Assembly (NCBI GenBank): GCA_964016885.1
Contig: OZ024741.1
Span: forward strand, 224,688,001-224,752,000
Direction of reading: 5' to 3'
DNA: 64,000 nucleotides
Source: Eledone cirrhosa
Taxonomy: Eukaryota
Shown here: one piece after another, positions 1 through 15,316 of the stretch
Position numbering within the stretch: the stretch's first letter is position 1
How the letters are laid out: each line of letters starts with the position of its first letter
Translations under genes and position numbers: made by a program
The notes under the pieces: generated by a model
Database searches by the model: none
What the model was told of the DNA's origin: nothing
Seen by the model: the letters and a program-made list of their open reading frames with translations, nothing else

Positions 1-250
1 CCTCTGTCAGTTTCGAGGATGAGTGTTCTAGTTGTTCAATGGAAAAGCTTACTCATTAAATTAGCACGCGTGTCTGAGCATTCCGTAGACATGTGTACTC
101 TTAACATAATTCCGAAGGAAATTCAGCGCGACACCGTGTAAAATGTTGGCTCTTTGAATTTCACCAAAAAGGCTTAGGTCAACCTGAGGCTATGGTAAAT
201 GACACTTGTCCAAGATGTCACGCAGATGAAACGAACCTGAATCCCGATAA
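1..250 (-). mobile_element. Degenerate tRNA-derived SINE (CORE-like, related to the copies at 31850 and 34300)
   Basis: Minus strand reads a B-box-like GGTTCGTTTC, then catcttggacaagtgtcatttaccatagcctc...ggaatgctcag, alignable by eye to 34350-34620. Confidence 0.6.
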
Positions 251-569
251 ACATAATTATCTCTTTATTGGCCACAAACATGAAGGACGATACAAAATCA
301 GGGACTGTGGGAGGTGGGGGGTTGGTCACATTAAATCGAGTAAGTAAGATAACAACAAAATACATGACATAACCCTCACAAGTATGATAAATACATTCAT
401 AAACCATGTAACGCTAACATCCCGCCCCCATCACCACTACGGTAGCCACTACCACCTGTAGCACCCCAACTAACACCACCACCACTGCCAGCAACAACTG
501 CTGCGACAGCACGACGACGATAGCACTACCACAACCACCACCACCACCACCACTACACCACACACACAC

Positions 570-611
<42 letters not shown>

Positions 612-1583
612 TGTGTGTGTGTTTGTAGTGAAACCTAAACATATTTTTCCCACAAAAGTTTTCTTGTCCTCCCACACAAGACCGCCAAAAGACTGACCTG
701 TGACCTCAGAGCCCAAAACCTAGACAATATTTTCTTGTAGAAGACTAATGGCACCAGAGTGTCCGAAAAGACGACAGGCTATCTGTTTAATGTTTCTGTG
801 CGACTTAAATCTTATATATTCAAGAGATTTCGACTCCCAGGTAGATTCTACTTTTCAACTCGGCAAAATACAGCCTTCCCCCCGACTCTGCAATAGATAC
901 CTTTGTTTGGCCAGCATAGCAATACAGACACACACACTCGCTAGCCAGCCAAGCAGGAATCGGCACAAGTTGAGTTTTCTAACAGGTTAGTAAAATATAC
1001 TATGTATTCTGCACTGTACGCATAACACACTGTAATCTATACTTGCATCTTTTCCCCGCTGTTCATTGCTGCACATGATTTCGAAGTAAATCATGTTACA
1101 AATAAAAAACATTAAAATTAGCAGTGTCTTGTCATTTGTTAATTCTTATCCTTGTGATATGAGAAAATCATTTTCCCAATGGTAATATCACTTCACACCA
1201 CATGTGAGTACAACTATTTGTTTCCTCGAACATGGTAAAACCTCTCTCCACTTGCTGAGACATACTCACTTGCCATTACTTGACCAACAAGCTGCTCACT
1301 CATTCAACTACTTCGACAAACAAAAAAAAAACAAAAACAACCTTCTTAACCACGCTAAATATATACCATATTTGCTGGCGTATTTGACGCACTTGGAAAC
1401 AAACATATAAAAACCTTGCCTGCGTCCTATACGTCCGTATTACCGATGAGAGGTCGAACGGAGAGTGAGGACAATCGTGGTTTTAAAACTTCAGTTTGTA
1501 TTACTATAGTATTACTAATACCGTAATACAATACAATTTATATAAGAAAAATAATTTCGGAAAAACAATGAAATAGTTTTTAA

Positions 1584-1724
1584 TAAATTTATGAAGAAAT
1601 GAACTAAAATTCTTTTTCTCAAAATGTCCTTGTAAAACCAGGGGCCGTCCATTTGTATAAGATTTGGGTTTAACAAGAACATTTTTGAGAAAAAAGAATT
1701 GTAGTACATTTCTTCACAAATTTA
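1584..1724. repeat. Imperfect inverted repeat with ~56-bp arms (probable foldback/MITE remnant)
   Basis: taaatttatgaagaaatgaactaaaattctttttctcaaaatgtccttgtaaaacc (1584-1639) is nearly the reverse complement of 1667-1724. Confidence 0.7.
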
Positions 1725-1739
1725 TTTAAAATTATTTCG

Positions 1740-1832
1740 TATATATATATATATATACATATACATATCTCTATATATACATATACACATATATATATAC
1801 AGACATATGTATATATATATATATATATACAC

Positions 1833-1879
<47 letters not shown>

Positions 1880-1958
1880 CAGACATATGCATATATATAT
1901 ATGTATATGTCTGTGTGGGTGTACATATATATACATATATATATACACACAGACACAC

Positions 1959-2038
<80 letters not shown>

Positions 2039-2579
2039 GTATATATAAATATATACACAAATACAGATGCACTCATATAAACACACAGCCAAGCACACAC
2101 ACATGCATACACAAATACAGACACCCAGACATAAAACACGCAAAGAGAAACACTCACATACATGCACACACACACACGCATACACACACACGTATATACA
2201 TACATATATATATTCACATATATGATACATAGAAAGAGAGATATACAAGAACATCCTTTCAAGAGAAGACCCTCCTTCAGATATAAGGAATAAAGCAACT
2301 AGATAACTGACAAAGTTAAATACCATAAACAAAAATTCCTTAACTCCTCAACAGATTGGAAGAAAGCAACAACAACAACAACACAACAACAACAACAACA
2401 ACAACGCCTCCATCAACACCACCGTCACCAACATCACTATTACAATCCCCACCACTACCACCACATACAAGAGGTCCAACCCTCCACTGTATGTTATTCA
2501 CTAAAACATAAAAGACTTTTAAAGAAACGTGAATGCCGTTTCAGTAAAGAAAAAGTAGTGTAGTTAAGAATTCTGTGTA

Positions 2580-2670
<91 letters not shown>

Positions 2671-2689
2671 GTGTGCGTGTGCGTGCGTG

Positions 2690-2738
<49 letters not shown>

Positions 2739-3006
2739 ATAAATATATATGCACGTATACACACTCTCATATATATATGTATGTATGTATAAATATATAT
2801 ATATATACACATTGATACAGGTATACATACACACATATATATGTATACACGCACACACACACACATTCACACGTGTGCACACAAACACACTCACTCTCCC
2901 CCCCTCTCTCACACACACACACACATATGTATATATATATATACATATATAATTGTATTATATTCGTCCCCTCTTGCCTCTTGCCATTAGCTATATATAT
3001 ATATAA

Positions 3007-3069
<63 letters not shown>

Positions 3070-3194
3070 CACACACACACAAATATATATATATATATAT
3101 ATATATATTTACACACACACACAAATATATATATATATATATTTACACACACACACAAATATATATATATATATATTTACACACACACACAAAT

Positions 3195-3227
<33 letters not shown>

Positions 3228-3563
3228 CACACACACATTTATAGGCGAAATGAATATAATAGCAATAGGCGGAATGAATATAATAGCAATAGGCTCTTCC
3301 CCCAAGAATGGTCACACTGATTTTAATGATCTTTTTACTCTTTTTCTCTTCTCTACTTTTTTTCTTTATCTGACATTTTGTCTACCTTTTAGATTCTTCC
3401 ATTCTTCTATTCTTTCTTTCTTCCATTCTTCCATTCTTTCTTTCCTCCTAGTTTTATATCGTTTCTGTTATATTTTAAAATTCAATCTTATTAAACTATA
3501 TATTACTTTGACGTACATATGCATGTATGTATATATAACACGTATACTATTATATATGTACAT

Positions 3564-3618
<55 letters not shown>

Positions 3619-3654
3619 CATATACTTATATGTATATATACACACACACACATT

Positions 3655-3720
<66 letters not shown>

Positions 3721-3791
3721 TATATACATACACAGACACACACACACATATATATACATATACATATATGTATATATACACACACACACAC

Positions 3792-3876
<85 letters not shown>

Positions 3877-3915
3877 TATATATATATATACACACACATA
3901 TATATATATACACAG

Positions 3916-3958
<43 letters not shown>

Positions 3959-4807
3959 CGTTGTTTTTTACAGTGCATATATGCAGATCTCTGGTAAAAA
4001 CGCAAAATTCAAGAATAGCAACAATCCCGTGAACAAACGAAAGAGAGAAGTAGGAGTTATCTCCCCACCACTACAAGTTATTTATTCATTTATTCATTTA
4101 TTTGTTTATTTGTTTATTTGTTTATTTGTTTATTTATAAAGTCCCTTCATTCATTCTTTCCTTGCTGAACTTAACAAACAAACGATCGAATGAATGAAAA
4201 AGACTCCAACCCCATCCAAATGGAAAAACTAGAATAATAGACACACAAACACACACACACACAACATACATATTGACACATAGCTATACACACATACATA
4301 TAGAAATACACACACATACACACACATACACACACACACAGAAGTACACACACACACATGAGCATACACACACACAGAAATATACACGCACACACACACA
4401 GAAGCATACACGCACACAGAAGCATACACGCACGCACACACAGAAGCATACACACACACATACACACTCAAACACACACACACACATAAGCATAAACACG
4501 TATCTTTACACATGTATACACATGCATAAATACAATAAGGAAATTGAAGAAAAAGAGGGAAGATGAAGAAGAAAGAAAGGAAGAAAAAAGAAAAAAATGA
4601 GACGAAGAAAAAGAAGAAAGATGAAGAAGAAGAAAGATGAAGAAGAAGAAAGATGAAGAAGAAGAAAAAAAGAAAAAGAAAGAAAATGAAGTTAAATAAG
4701 ATCACAAAGCAAGCAACAAGTGGTGGTAGAGATTGTATTGATGGTAGAATTGGGAACTGAACAAGGTTTATGGCAAAGTCCTCTAATAGGTTATGCTGGC
4801 AAGCCTG

Positions 4808-4863
<56 letters not shown>

Positions 4864-4938
4864 ATATATATATATATACATGTGTGTGTGTGTGTATATA
4901 TGTACATGTGTGTGTGTGTGTGTGTATATATATGTACA

Positions 4939-4969
<31 letters not shown>

Positions 4970-5280
4970 GTACATGTGTGTGTATATATATATGTACATG
5001 TGTGTGTGTGTGTGTGTGTATATATGTACGTGTGTGTGTGTGTGTGTGAGTGTGTGTATATTTATGTACATGTGTGTGTATGTATGTATGCATGTGTGTT
5101 TATGTGTATATGTACGTACGTACGTATGTATGTATGTGTGTATGTATGCGTGTATGTATATATTTATTTACACACTCACACACATATATATATATATGTA
5201 TTTATATATATATATATACACACGCACACACACACATGTACTCACACACACACACATATACACACAGACACACACACACA
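1740..5280. repeat. Compound (TA)n/(CA)n/(TG)n microsatellite field with short unique islands
   Basis: Directly visible; accounts for the YI/HT/CV ORFs in the track. Confidence 0.95.
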
Positions 5281-5679
5281 CCTATAGCGGTGGTAGAACA
5301 AGTTGATCAAACACGGTCTAGATTCTAGGGCATTCTATCAGGAACTGCACCCAGTATACCTAACATTTTTTGTTTGGTCTTTGTTAAACATTTTTTCACT
5401 GATTCCCCTTCACTAAAATGTCGAAGGCAACATTGTCACTGCTGCCTTTGCTGGTGTTGTTGTTGCAACTGCTGCTGTTGCTGCTGTAGTTTTCTTCTGT
5501 TTTTTCGGCCCTTTTTTCCTCTTATTGCTTCTTTAACACTTTTTTTTTCAAATATATTTTCCCTTGAAATTTGTATCTCTGTATATAGTATATAGGCAGG
5601 TGAAACAAAACTCCGTAGGTGAGCAGAGTGATATATAATTTATTATATCTGTAAAGCTGCATCACCTGTCTGTTTATAC

Positions 5680-5728
5680 CTTTGTATTTGTCCCCTTCTT
5701 TTGTGCCCCTGTGGCTAATAAAGAAACA
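5680..5728 (+). mobile_element. Extreme 5'-truncated 3' tip of Tx1-like element (B/D subfamily)
   Basis: ctttgtatttgtccccttcttttgtgcccctgtggctaataaagaaac matches the 3' end of copy D (57179-57227); followed by TATC repeats. Confidence 0.85.
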
Positions 5729-5760
5729 TATCTACTATCTGTCTATCTATCTATATATTC

Positions 5761-8700
5761 ATCACCAGACGAGGCTACTTCTCCATCCCCAAGGGAGCCT
5801 CGTAAATAAAAAAAGAGACACCACAAAGCCACAAAAACAAGAATCACGAACACGAACACACAACCACCAACATAAACAACAATACAAACACCACCACAAT
5901 CCCCCCCCCCCCCCACCACCAAAACAAACACCACACCACTCCAAACACAAGTGCCCACCATAAAAAGAAAACTACAAAATGAACAACAAACCAAACCAAC
6001 ACAACAAAAAACAACAACAACACTACACATACATTAACACAAACAACAAAAACCTAATGGAGGTCATCTCCCAAGACCCCAAAGTAGAAACTCAGAGGAA
6101 AACTTTTGTAAAAGCAGACTCTCAACCACACCTAAAACTAATAAGGGTTTCGATAGAAACCTATCAGAAATTGAAAGAACAGTTTTCACAGGATGTTGGC
6201 AACCCCTGCCAAAAACCAATAAACCGTGTTCTGTTGAAATGTTACCCCACCCCACTCAACACCCCCACCTGAACTGAAATGGAGATTGAACAACCCGATC
6301 TCCAGGAAACGAAAAGGTAAGTGCACCTTTTCGTTCTTTTCGCCAACTCTTCTCCACCAACATGGCTGACTTACGAGTTGGAAGCGTGAATGTGCGTGGC
6401 CTAGGGATGCCCTGGAAACGGCCAACTTTTAAACGACCTTAAGTCACACCGTATAGATGTAATAGCCATCACCGAGTCCAGGATCCACAACAGGCAACAA
6501 CTAACCCCTATTTTCAATGACTTTGAGATCTACGCATCTCTCTGTCAGCCGGGAGGTGGAGGGGGAGTGACTGTCATGTTTCGGAAAAACATGGATCTCG
6601 AAGTACAGCAAGTACACTTGGACCCGGAGGTTAGACTGGTAGTCCTAGATTTGAACAGTATTGGAGGTGGAGCCTTCAGACTGGTGGCCGTTTATGCTCC
6701 GACCGGGCAACACAATCGCGGCCAGACTTCTTTAAGCGTCTAGAGTCTTTTCTGGGAACGTCTCGCTCCTTGCTTTTAGTGGGGGACTGGAATGGTATCC
6801 TAGATGCACGATGGGACTATGTGGGAGCATGTCCCAGTAGAGCGGGGTGCAACAGCCTCAAAAATCTAATCAAAAATCTAATCGACTAGATTTCCCGACT
6901 GCACCACAATGGACATGGGAAAACCGCAGCGGGACATCTAGATCGTATCTAGATAGGTTTTTCATTAGAGAAAAGGACAAGAAGATGTTAAGCTGTCCAC
7001 AAATGTACATGGTTGCCTATTCAGATCACAAACTAGTCGTCTGCATAGTCAACCGTGATAGAATACATAGACAAGGACCCGGATACTGGAAGCTGAACGT
7101 GTCGTTGCCGGCACGAAAAGCCTACAGTGAACGGATAAATAGATTAGTTAAGCAAGAGTTGACGGGAGCCATCGTCAACAATAGATGGTGGTACTCTCTC
7201 AAGAGAGCAATTAGAGTAGAATCGATAGGATTTAGCAGAGAATTAGCTTTAGAGAAAAACAAATCAGAAACAGAACTAGTAGCCAAGGTAGAAGAGGCGC
7301 TTAGGAGTGGCAACGCAGCTAGAGTGCTAGCATCGAGAACGACACTGGACCAGGTTTTCGACGCGAAATACGAAGGCTGCGTAGTCAGAAGTAAATCATG
7401 TGCTCTAGGAAACGAGGGAGCAAAAGCTGTTAGCTGGATCCGAGTGGCGGAAGTGAAAAGTGGCAACAAGTCCACGATTCGTTCCTTGAAAGACCAAAAC
7501 ACGCGTGCTACTTGACCCCAGGCAGATGTGCGCGGCCTTTCAGCGGCACTTTGCGCGACTGTTTGAGCAGAACGACGGTGCACCGAACGGGGCAATGGAC
7601 TTTGGTTCATACCACGACGGCCTGCCACGTCTCTCAGCATGGACGCCGAGTTCTGCGAAAGACCGACCACAGCCACTGAGATACTGGGTCATTGCGGGAA
7701 ACGCAAATCACCCTGTCTAGATGATCTACCCTTGGTCTACCCTATGAGTTTTACATAGGCATGCCAGATTTGTTCTCTGGCGTCCTCGAAGCCGTCTACT
7801 ACAATTGGCAGCAGAACGGGACAATTCCCAGTTCTGCAGGCAAGGGCGTAGTAACGTTGATCAGGAAAGACGGGAACAAGGGGGACGAAATAAACAATTT
7901 CAGGCCCATAACTCTGCTCAACATAGAATTAAAGATTTTGGCCAAGGTGCTAGCAACGAGGCTGGCGCTTGTCGTCGAAAACCTGGTAGGTAAAGCGCAA
8001 ACGTGTGCAATCATAGAGAGAGTGGGGTGTAAACCCGGCTTCGGTGGGGCTCTGATCAATTTAGATCAGTCTAAGGCATTCGATAGGGTCGACCATCGAT
8101 ACTTGGAAGCGGTTCTCAAGGCGGCCGGTTTCGGTCCCGTTTTCAGGGGCTGGATCAAGGCGATGCACACCACCATCTGCGCGAGGGTCAAGGTGAACGG
8201 CTACCTATCGGAGCCGTTCGCAATCACGCGTTCCATTCGACAGGGATGTCCTCTCTCCTCGATTCTGTACGTATTGACTCTAGAGCCACTACTGCGGAAG
8301 TTGGAGCTTTTGCAGGACATCCCTTTAGAACCGGGACTGCGAAAAGCGGCGTCGGCTCATGCCGACGACGTGACGGTAATGGTGTCGAAAACCTCGGAAA
8401 TCAAGGTCGGACGCTGGACGGAAGGACCGATGAAATTTCTCGGGGTCTGGTTCGGTCCAGACCTCCAGTTGGAGAAAAACTGAAACGAGGTCATAGCCAA
8501 GGTATTTGCGCTCACCCAGAAGTGGGGAGAGTGCAAACTGTCTTTGAAAGGTCGAGCGGAGGTGGCGAACACTTTCATAGCGTCCGTCATCTAATACCGC
8601 TTGACTGTCGTGCCATGTCCCCGTGAATACCTCACCAAGATGGAACGCTTACTCTTCCAGTTCCTGTGGAAGAAGCAGGCTTCACTGGTGAGGAGATCCG

Positions 8701-9820
8701 TCTGCTGTCAACACCCTTCCAAGGGAGGGCTGGGCATGCCGTGGCTAATGATGCGCAAACATGCGCTGAGGCTACGGCATCTCCAGGTATTCCTCACCGA
8801 CCAACCGGGGTGGGCACCGTTTGTGAGTCAGGCCTTCGCACAACTTGTCTCGCTGACGGAGCTGCAGTCCTGGGTGAAGCGAAGACTGAAGAAGATGGAC
8901 GCCTGGCACATTGAATGCGCCCAGGCGCTCACAGTCCTCTGTCAAGCAGGCACAGTAATCAGTGGAGACTCCACTTCGACATTCTTTACAAGTGCGACGA
9001 CGTGCTCGGGGAGACTCTAGACGTCGAAGACGACGAGCTCATCAATCTGTTCGGTAGGACTTTCCGGCGGAGACCTATGGACAACTTCCAGAGGTCCCTG
9101 GCCTGGCAGTGCTACGGAGGAGCTCTACCCGTTCGAGATAAGATCTACAGGCACGGACGCCCCGGCAGGGATCCTTCCAAGAGGACGTGTCCAATATGCG
9201 AGCAGGACATTGAAACCGTCTTGCACGCAATTGTACACTGCCCGGGCGTACCGACCTGTGGAACTATGCAGAACAACTGCTGTCGCGTAAGGGACAAATC
9301 CAATTGACTGCCGAGTCCATAGTAAGGATCAAACCGCCAGCCTCTTTCAAAAACGAAAAAGAGGCGGTTTTCCTCTGTACAGTGGCTATGCTGAAAGAGG
9401 TTATATGGTGGACGAGATTGAGAGACTGAGGACAGATGCCTTTCTCCGGACAACAATTGATTCCTTTCTTTAAGTATCACTTTAGAAGGAGAGAGAGGTA
9501 CTGCACCCCAGTAAATTTACTGAAAGGTGGGTGAATTGAGCGAAAATGGCCCGAGTGATTGGGCCTTCTCTGTTTATAAGTCTGTAGGTTAAAGAAGAGA
9601 GCAAAAGGAAGAAGGGAGTACTTGCACAACACGCTCCTGGAGTTGAGGGTTGTTCTATCGACGGGGTACTAAACAACCCATTTGTGGCGCTACCCCCCTA
9701 TTGGGGATTTCGATTGTTGTAATTGTTGTTTCAATATTTTTACACGACTGTACGTAAAATCCCCGGCATGTTTCTTTGTATTGTCTCCTTATCTAGTGCG
9801 CCCTTGTGGCAAATAAAGAA
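5761..9820 (+). mobile_element. Tx1/L1-type non-LTR retrotransposon copy A, 5'-truncated in ORF1, degenerate (A/E subfamily)
   Basis: ORF1 tail (LKEQFSQDVGNPC), APE, RT (NFRPITLLN, DQSKAFDRV, QGCPLS, AHADD), CCHC, AATAAA followed by (ATCT)n. Confidence 0.95.
6362..9587 (+). pseudogene. ORF2 of copy A (APE-RT-CCHC), with frameshifts, stops and small deletions
   Basis: ATG at 6362; fragments 6847-7515, 7761-8483, 8601-9020 and 8915-9307 are colinear with the intact ORF2 at 48101; TAG ends at 9587. Confidence 0.93.
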
Positions 9821-10042
9821 ATCTATCTATCTATCTATCTTCGTGATTGGTAGATGTGTATTACTTCGCTCCGGATTGTTTACGGATTATTGTACAAAAA
9901 ACTGTGAGTTTATTGTTGAATTTGTTATTATTGTTTAGTTTAACCCCTCGTCTGGGCCTTCAGACGTTGGGTTAACTAATTTTCGCCTGTTTTGGGGGCG
10001 AAATTTTCATCTGAAAAAATTGTGTAGACTTGTTAGTTAGTA

Positions 10043-11961
10043 ATGGATGCCATTTCAACCTCTCACACTGTAGTGAGTGCCACGCCCACTAAGAAAAGTG
10101 GTGGAGGAAAGGTAGGAGTACAAAGCTTGCAGCCTTCCCCCCTCGCCTTATCGAAAAACGTTGTAAATATTGCAACCAAGGAACCAAACCTGGTAAATAA
10201 TACCAGCACCAACAACAAGAACAATGACAATAACACCACAACCAACAACTGCAACAATAACAACACCAACTCCAAGGAAAATATGAACAACATCAACAAC
10301 AGTGACAATAACAACAGCAACAAGAAAGACAACAACACCAAAATATTGTTCGCACAAACTGTAAAAAAAAAAACAGAACTATAAACTCCAATTGACATCA
10401 CTAGCGCAAAACATCTACTCCAAGATGCAAAATACTATGTAACTTTTGGACAAAAGGGTGCAATTCTCCCCAGGTATTACGTTGAGAGACTGTCCTGAAA
10501 ACCACAGTTTTCAGGACAATATCAAACGCAACTAGAAAACCAGCTCAATAATCACAAAATGAAATTGAGCTGGTTCTAAAAGATGTAATGAAGGACATAA
10601 CCTTCATCCAAAGAGGAAAACTGTTTGGTAGCATTTCGGTGCTAATGAATGACCAGCAAACAGCACAAAAATACGCTGTATCACCCATTGTCCCCCCCGT
10701 TTCACCTTTTCCCCCACATATAGGGGAAAAAGGACACAAAAAAAAATTATGAGTATCACACCAAATATAAATATTTGGTGGATACTATCTGGATTCATTG
10801 ATTTTGATGAAGACAGACTAATCTCAGTAGGAAAGTCCTCCAGAGGTGTATTTAGTTGGACTAGCGTAGAAGTTCTGGTTCAAATGAGCCCAGAATGAAT
10901 AGTTAAAATCCCACAACGCGTGCCTCTGGACGGGCTAACCTATATAAACATTTCAGTTGAGGGTAGGTGGCTGTCATGTTACCACTGCTTAAGCAGGGGT
11001 CACCTGAGGGCTGCTTGTCCTCAATTAACGAGTAAAAAAAGGCTCTTCTGCCAACCCCGAATACAACAACACAACCACCACCACCACCACCACCACCACC
11101 ACCACAACCACCACAACAACACGAAAAAATAACAACACAAGACACTGTCCCACCCAATCCCTCACCACCTAAAACAAATACAAAAGCACCCGCAACCACA
11201 ACAAACCCCCAAAATATACCCCTCCCCAACAACACGGACGAGGACCCCTTATCAACGTCACCCAGTGACGACGAGGGAGAGCCCTTTCAAACAGTAAAAA
11301 GAAAGAAAAGAAGGCACCATATTAACACAAATGCAACAAACACACAACCACCAGCACAAACAGAACAAACATCACAAACAAAAACCACCACTCCCGAAAA
11401 CATAACACATACTACAAAACGCAAACACACACAAGAACAACAAAAAAACAATAAAACAAAACAAACACAACACAACAAAACCATTATGCATACATCAACA
11501 CAAACAACAAAACACTTGTACAAACAATAGACAAAGACCCTTCGGTGGAAACCGAAGGGAAAATGTTCACCAACGCGGCGAATAAACCGCATTAAAAAAT
11601 GATTAGGGTCCCAAGGGACACCTACGCAATGCTCAAACAAAACTTTCCCGAGGACGTGGGGAACCCCTGTACTAGACCTTCCAACCGCATTCTTTTGAAA
11701 TGTTTCCCCACCACCACCCCAGACACCCCACCCCACCACACACTGATGTCTCCACCACACCCCAAACCACCACCCCACCAAACAACCCCTCCAACACCCA
11801 CATGGAAATTGTGCAGCCTGGTCCTCAGGAGACGGAGAGGTAGGTGTCTTTTCTTTTTCTCCACTTTAACTCTTCACCACCAACATGGCTGTTATAAGAG
11901 TTGGATGCTTATGCTTGCGCGGCCTGGAGTTGTCCTGGAAGCAGGGCAAACTCTTAAATGA
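10043..11961 (+). pseudogene. ORF1 of copy B (gag-like, single CCHC knuckle)
   Basis: Fragments homologous to ORF1 of copy C; CYHCLSRGHLRAAC knuckle; several stops and frameshifts. Confidence 0.85.
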
Positions 11962-14900
11962 CCTCAGGTCGCACAGAATGGATGTAATAGCTATTTGCGA
12001 GTCCACGATCAGCAGCGAGCACCAACTGGCCCCCATCTTCGACGAATTGAGATCTATGCATCTCTCTGTCAGCCGGGGGGGTGGGGGTGGGGTTGTCGTT
12101 CTGCTGCGAAAACACCTGGGCCTCGCAACACGGAAGGAACACCTGGACCCGGAGGGTCGACGGGTGGTTCTAGAGGTCTGCAGTAGTGAAGCTGGAGCCT
12201 TCAGGCTGGTGGCAGCGTATGCCCCATCTGGCACACCGCGGCCGGACTTCTTCCAACGTCTAGAGACTTTTCTGGGAACGTCCCGCTCCTTGCTTTTAGT
12301 GGGGGACTGGAATGGTATCCTGGATGCACGTTGGGACTATTTAGGGGCATGTCCCGATAGAGGGGTGTAATAGCCTCAAACGGTTAATCGGCCGATTTGA
12401 CCTGGCCGATAGATATCGACTAGATTTTCCGACTGTGCCACTGTGGGCATGGACTAATCATAGCGGAACATCTAGGTCGTACCTAGATAGGTTCCTAGTT
12501 AAAAAAAAGGATAGGGACATATTAAGCTGTCCATGAATGTTCATGGTTGACTATTCGGATCACAAGTTACTGACCTGCGTAGTCAACCTTGATAGAACCC
12601 ATAGACAGGGATCCAGTTATTGGAAGCTAAAGTTGTCCTTACCGACAAACACAGCTTACAGTAAACGGATTAGCACTTTAGTTAAGCAGCGGTTGACGGA
12701 GGCAATTGTCAACAGCAGGTGGTGGGGCTCTCTAAAGAGAGCAATTAGAATAGAATCGATAGGTTTTAGTCAGGAATTAGCATTAGATAGGAATATAACT
12801 GAAAGAGAATTGATAGATAGAGTAGAAGAGGCGATTAGGAGTGGCAACGTGGCCGGCGTGTTGGCGTCAAGAACGGCCCGAGACCTGTTCTTTGACGCGA
12901 AGCACGAGGGCTGCGTTGTCAGAAGCAAAATACGTGCTCTGAGTAACGAGGGAGCCAAAGCTGTTAGTTGGGCCCGAGTGACGGAGGCAAAAAGTGGAAA
13001 CAAGTCCACGATTCGGTATTTGAAGGACCAGGATGTACGTGTGATCCTTGAACCTGAGCGGATGTCGCGGCCTTTCAGCGGCACTTTGCACGACTGTTCG
13101 GGAGGGGCGGCGGGCCGGGTGAGACCATGGATTTCGGTCCATACCTCGACAGTCTGCCGCGTCTCTCGGACGCGGAGGCGAAGTCCTGCGAAAGGTCGAT
13201 TTCAGCCGCTTAAATAGGGGAAGCGCTGAGCCGATGCGGCAAACACAAATCTCCGGGTCTCGATGGTCTACCATACGAACTTTATGTAGCGATGCCGGGC
13301 TTGTTCTCCGATCTCCTCGAGGCGGTTTGCTGCAACTTGCAACAAACGGGAGAATTCCCAGTTCTGTGACCAAAGGCGTAGTCACGCTAGTCAGGAAGGA
13401 CGAGAACAAGGGGGATGACATAGATAACTTCAGGCCCATAACTCTGTTAAAGATTTTGGCCAAGGTGTTAGCGAAGAGGTTGGCGCTTGTCGTCGGGAAC
13501 CTGGTGGGAGAAGCGCAGACATGCGCAATCCCGTCCGTCCAGGTCCATACACGACAACCTCCACCTCATGCGATACATCGGAGAGAGGGTAGGGAATGAA
13601 CCCGGATTTGGTGGGGCCCTGATCAACTTGGATCAATCTAAGGCGTTCGATAGGGTCGACCATCGGTACCTGGATGCGGTGCTCGCGGTGGCAGGCTTCG
13701 GACCCGTGTTCAGGGGCTGGATTACTGCAATGCACAACAGCAACACCTGTTCGAGGGTCAAGGTGAACGGCTACCTCTCGGAGCCGTTCCAAATCACGTG
13801 ATCCATCCGACAGGGATGCCCTCTCTCCTACCTTCTGTATGTGCTGGCTCTAGAGCCACTACTGCGGAAGTTGGAGCTGTTACAGGGCATCCCCTTGGAA
13901 TCGGGATTGCGGAAAGCGGTGTCGGCCTACGCCGATGACGTGACAGTAATGGTGCCGAGCGCCTCTCAAATCGGGGAGATCGGCACCTTACTGGAGGAAT
14001 ACGAAAGGTTTACAGGAGCCAAGCTGAACTGGGACAAGTCCGTCGGTTTACAACTCGGAACGTGGAGAGGCAAACCGATGTCTTCCGACGGCGTCGTCGG
14101 ACGCTGGACGGAAGGACTGGTGAAGCTTCTCGGGGTCTGGTTCGGACCAGACCTCCAGGTGGAGAAAAACTGGGACGAGGTAACGGGCAGGGTGTTTGCA
14201 CTCTCCCAGAAGTGGGCCGAGTGCAAACTATCCCTGGAAGGTCGAGCGGAGGTGGCGAACACTTATATAGCGCCCGTCATCTACTACCGCTTGACCGTCG
14301 TGCCTTGCCCAGCGAAAACGCTCGCCAAAATGGAGCGCGCGCTCTTCCAATTCCTTTGGAAGAAGCCTGTCCCTTTGGTGAGAAGATCCATTTGCTGTCA
14401 ACACCCTTCGAACGGAGGGCTGGGGATGCCATGGCTGACGATGCGTAAACATGCATTAAGGCTACGGCACCTCCAGGTATTCCTCACCGGTCAACCGGTG
14501 TGGGCCTCTTTTGTGAGGCCAGCCTTTCCGAGACTCGTCTCGCTCGCCGAGTTGCAATCCTGGGTCAAGCAAAGACCAAGAAAAGTGGGCGACTGGCACA
14601 TTCAATGTGCCAGTCGCTCACGGCCCTCTGGCAAGCGGATCCGGCAATCAGTGGAGACTCCACCTCGACATTCTATAGAGGGTTGGTGCGCAGCAAGTGC
14701 GACGACGCTCTCGGAGAAGCTCTGGGCATGGAGGAAGACGAACTACCCAGTCTGTTCGGTAGGACGTTTGGCCCGGGACCGATGGACAATTTCCAAAAGT
14801 CCCTGGCCTGGCAGTGCTGCCGAGGAGCTTACCCGTTCGGGACAAGCTCTACAGATACGGGCGCCCGGGTAGGGACCCCTCGAAAAAGATCTGTCCGAGA

Positions 14901-15316
14901 TGCGTGCGTGACGAGGAAACCGTCGCGCACGCATTAGTACACTGCCCGGGCGTTGCTGCCCTGTGGGGCTATGTAGAACGACTACTGTCGCGGATGGGAC
15001 CAATCCGGTTGACCACCGAGTCCATTGTCATGATTAAACCGCCTCCCCCCCTTCAAAAAACGAAGGAGAGGCGGTTTTCCTTTGTGTGATAGCTATGGCT
15101 AAAGAGGTTGTATGGTGGACGAGGTTGAAAGGGATGAGGTCAGACACCTTTCTCTCCGGCCAACAACTGATCCTTTTTTTCAAATACCACTTTGGAAGAA
15201 GAATCAGGATGGAGAGAGAGGTGCTGCACCCCAGCAAGTTTTTTGAAAGGTGAGTGAAAGTGGCGAGAATGGCCCGAGTGAATGGGCCTTCTCTCTATAT
15301 CAGCCTATCTCTATAG
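11885..15316 (+). pseudogene. ORF2 of copy B (APE-RT-CCHC), disrupted
   Basis: GDWN, SDH, DQSKAFD, YADD and CPRC motifs spread over several frames. Confidence 0.93.

Noticed and set aside
1670-5328. Many long YI/HT/CV ORFs (also at 27-28.6 kb, 34.6-35.2 kb and 38.6-39.1 kb)
   Set aside because: Translations of dinucleotide microsatellites
7122-7676. Recurrent antisense ORFs over Tx1 ORF2 in each copy
   Set aside because: Shadow frames of GC-rich coding sequence with inconsistent starts and ends among copies
9588-9722. Apparent conserved peptide (KGVL....PG.EGC) after the ORF2 stop, suggesting readthrough
   Set aside because: Copy C has a stop three codons later in this frame, and the conservation is explained by the RNA hairpins
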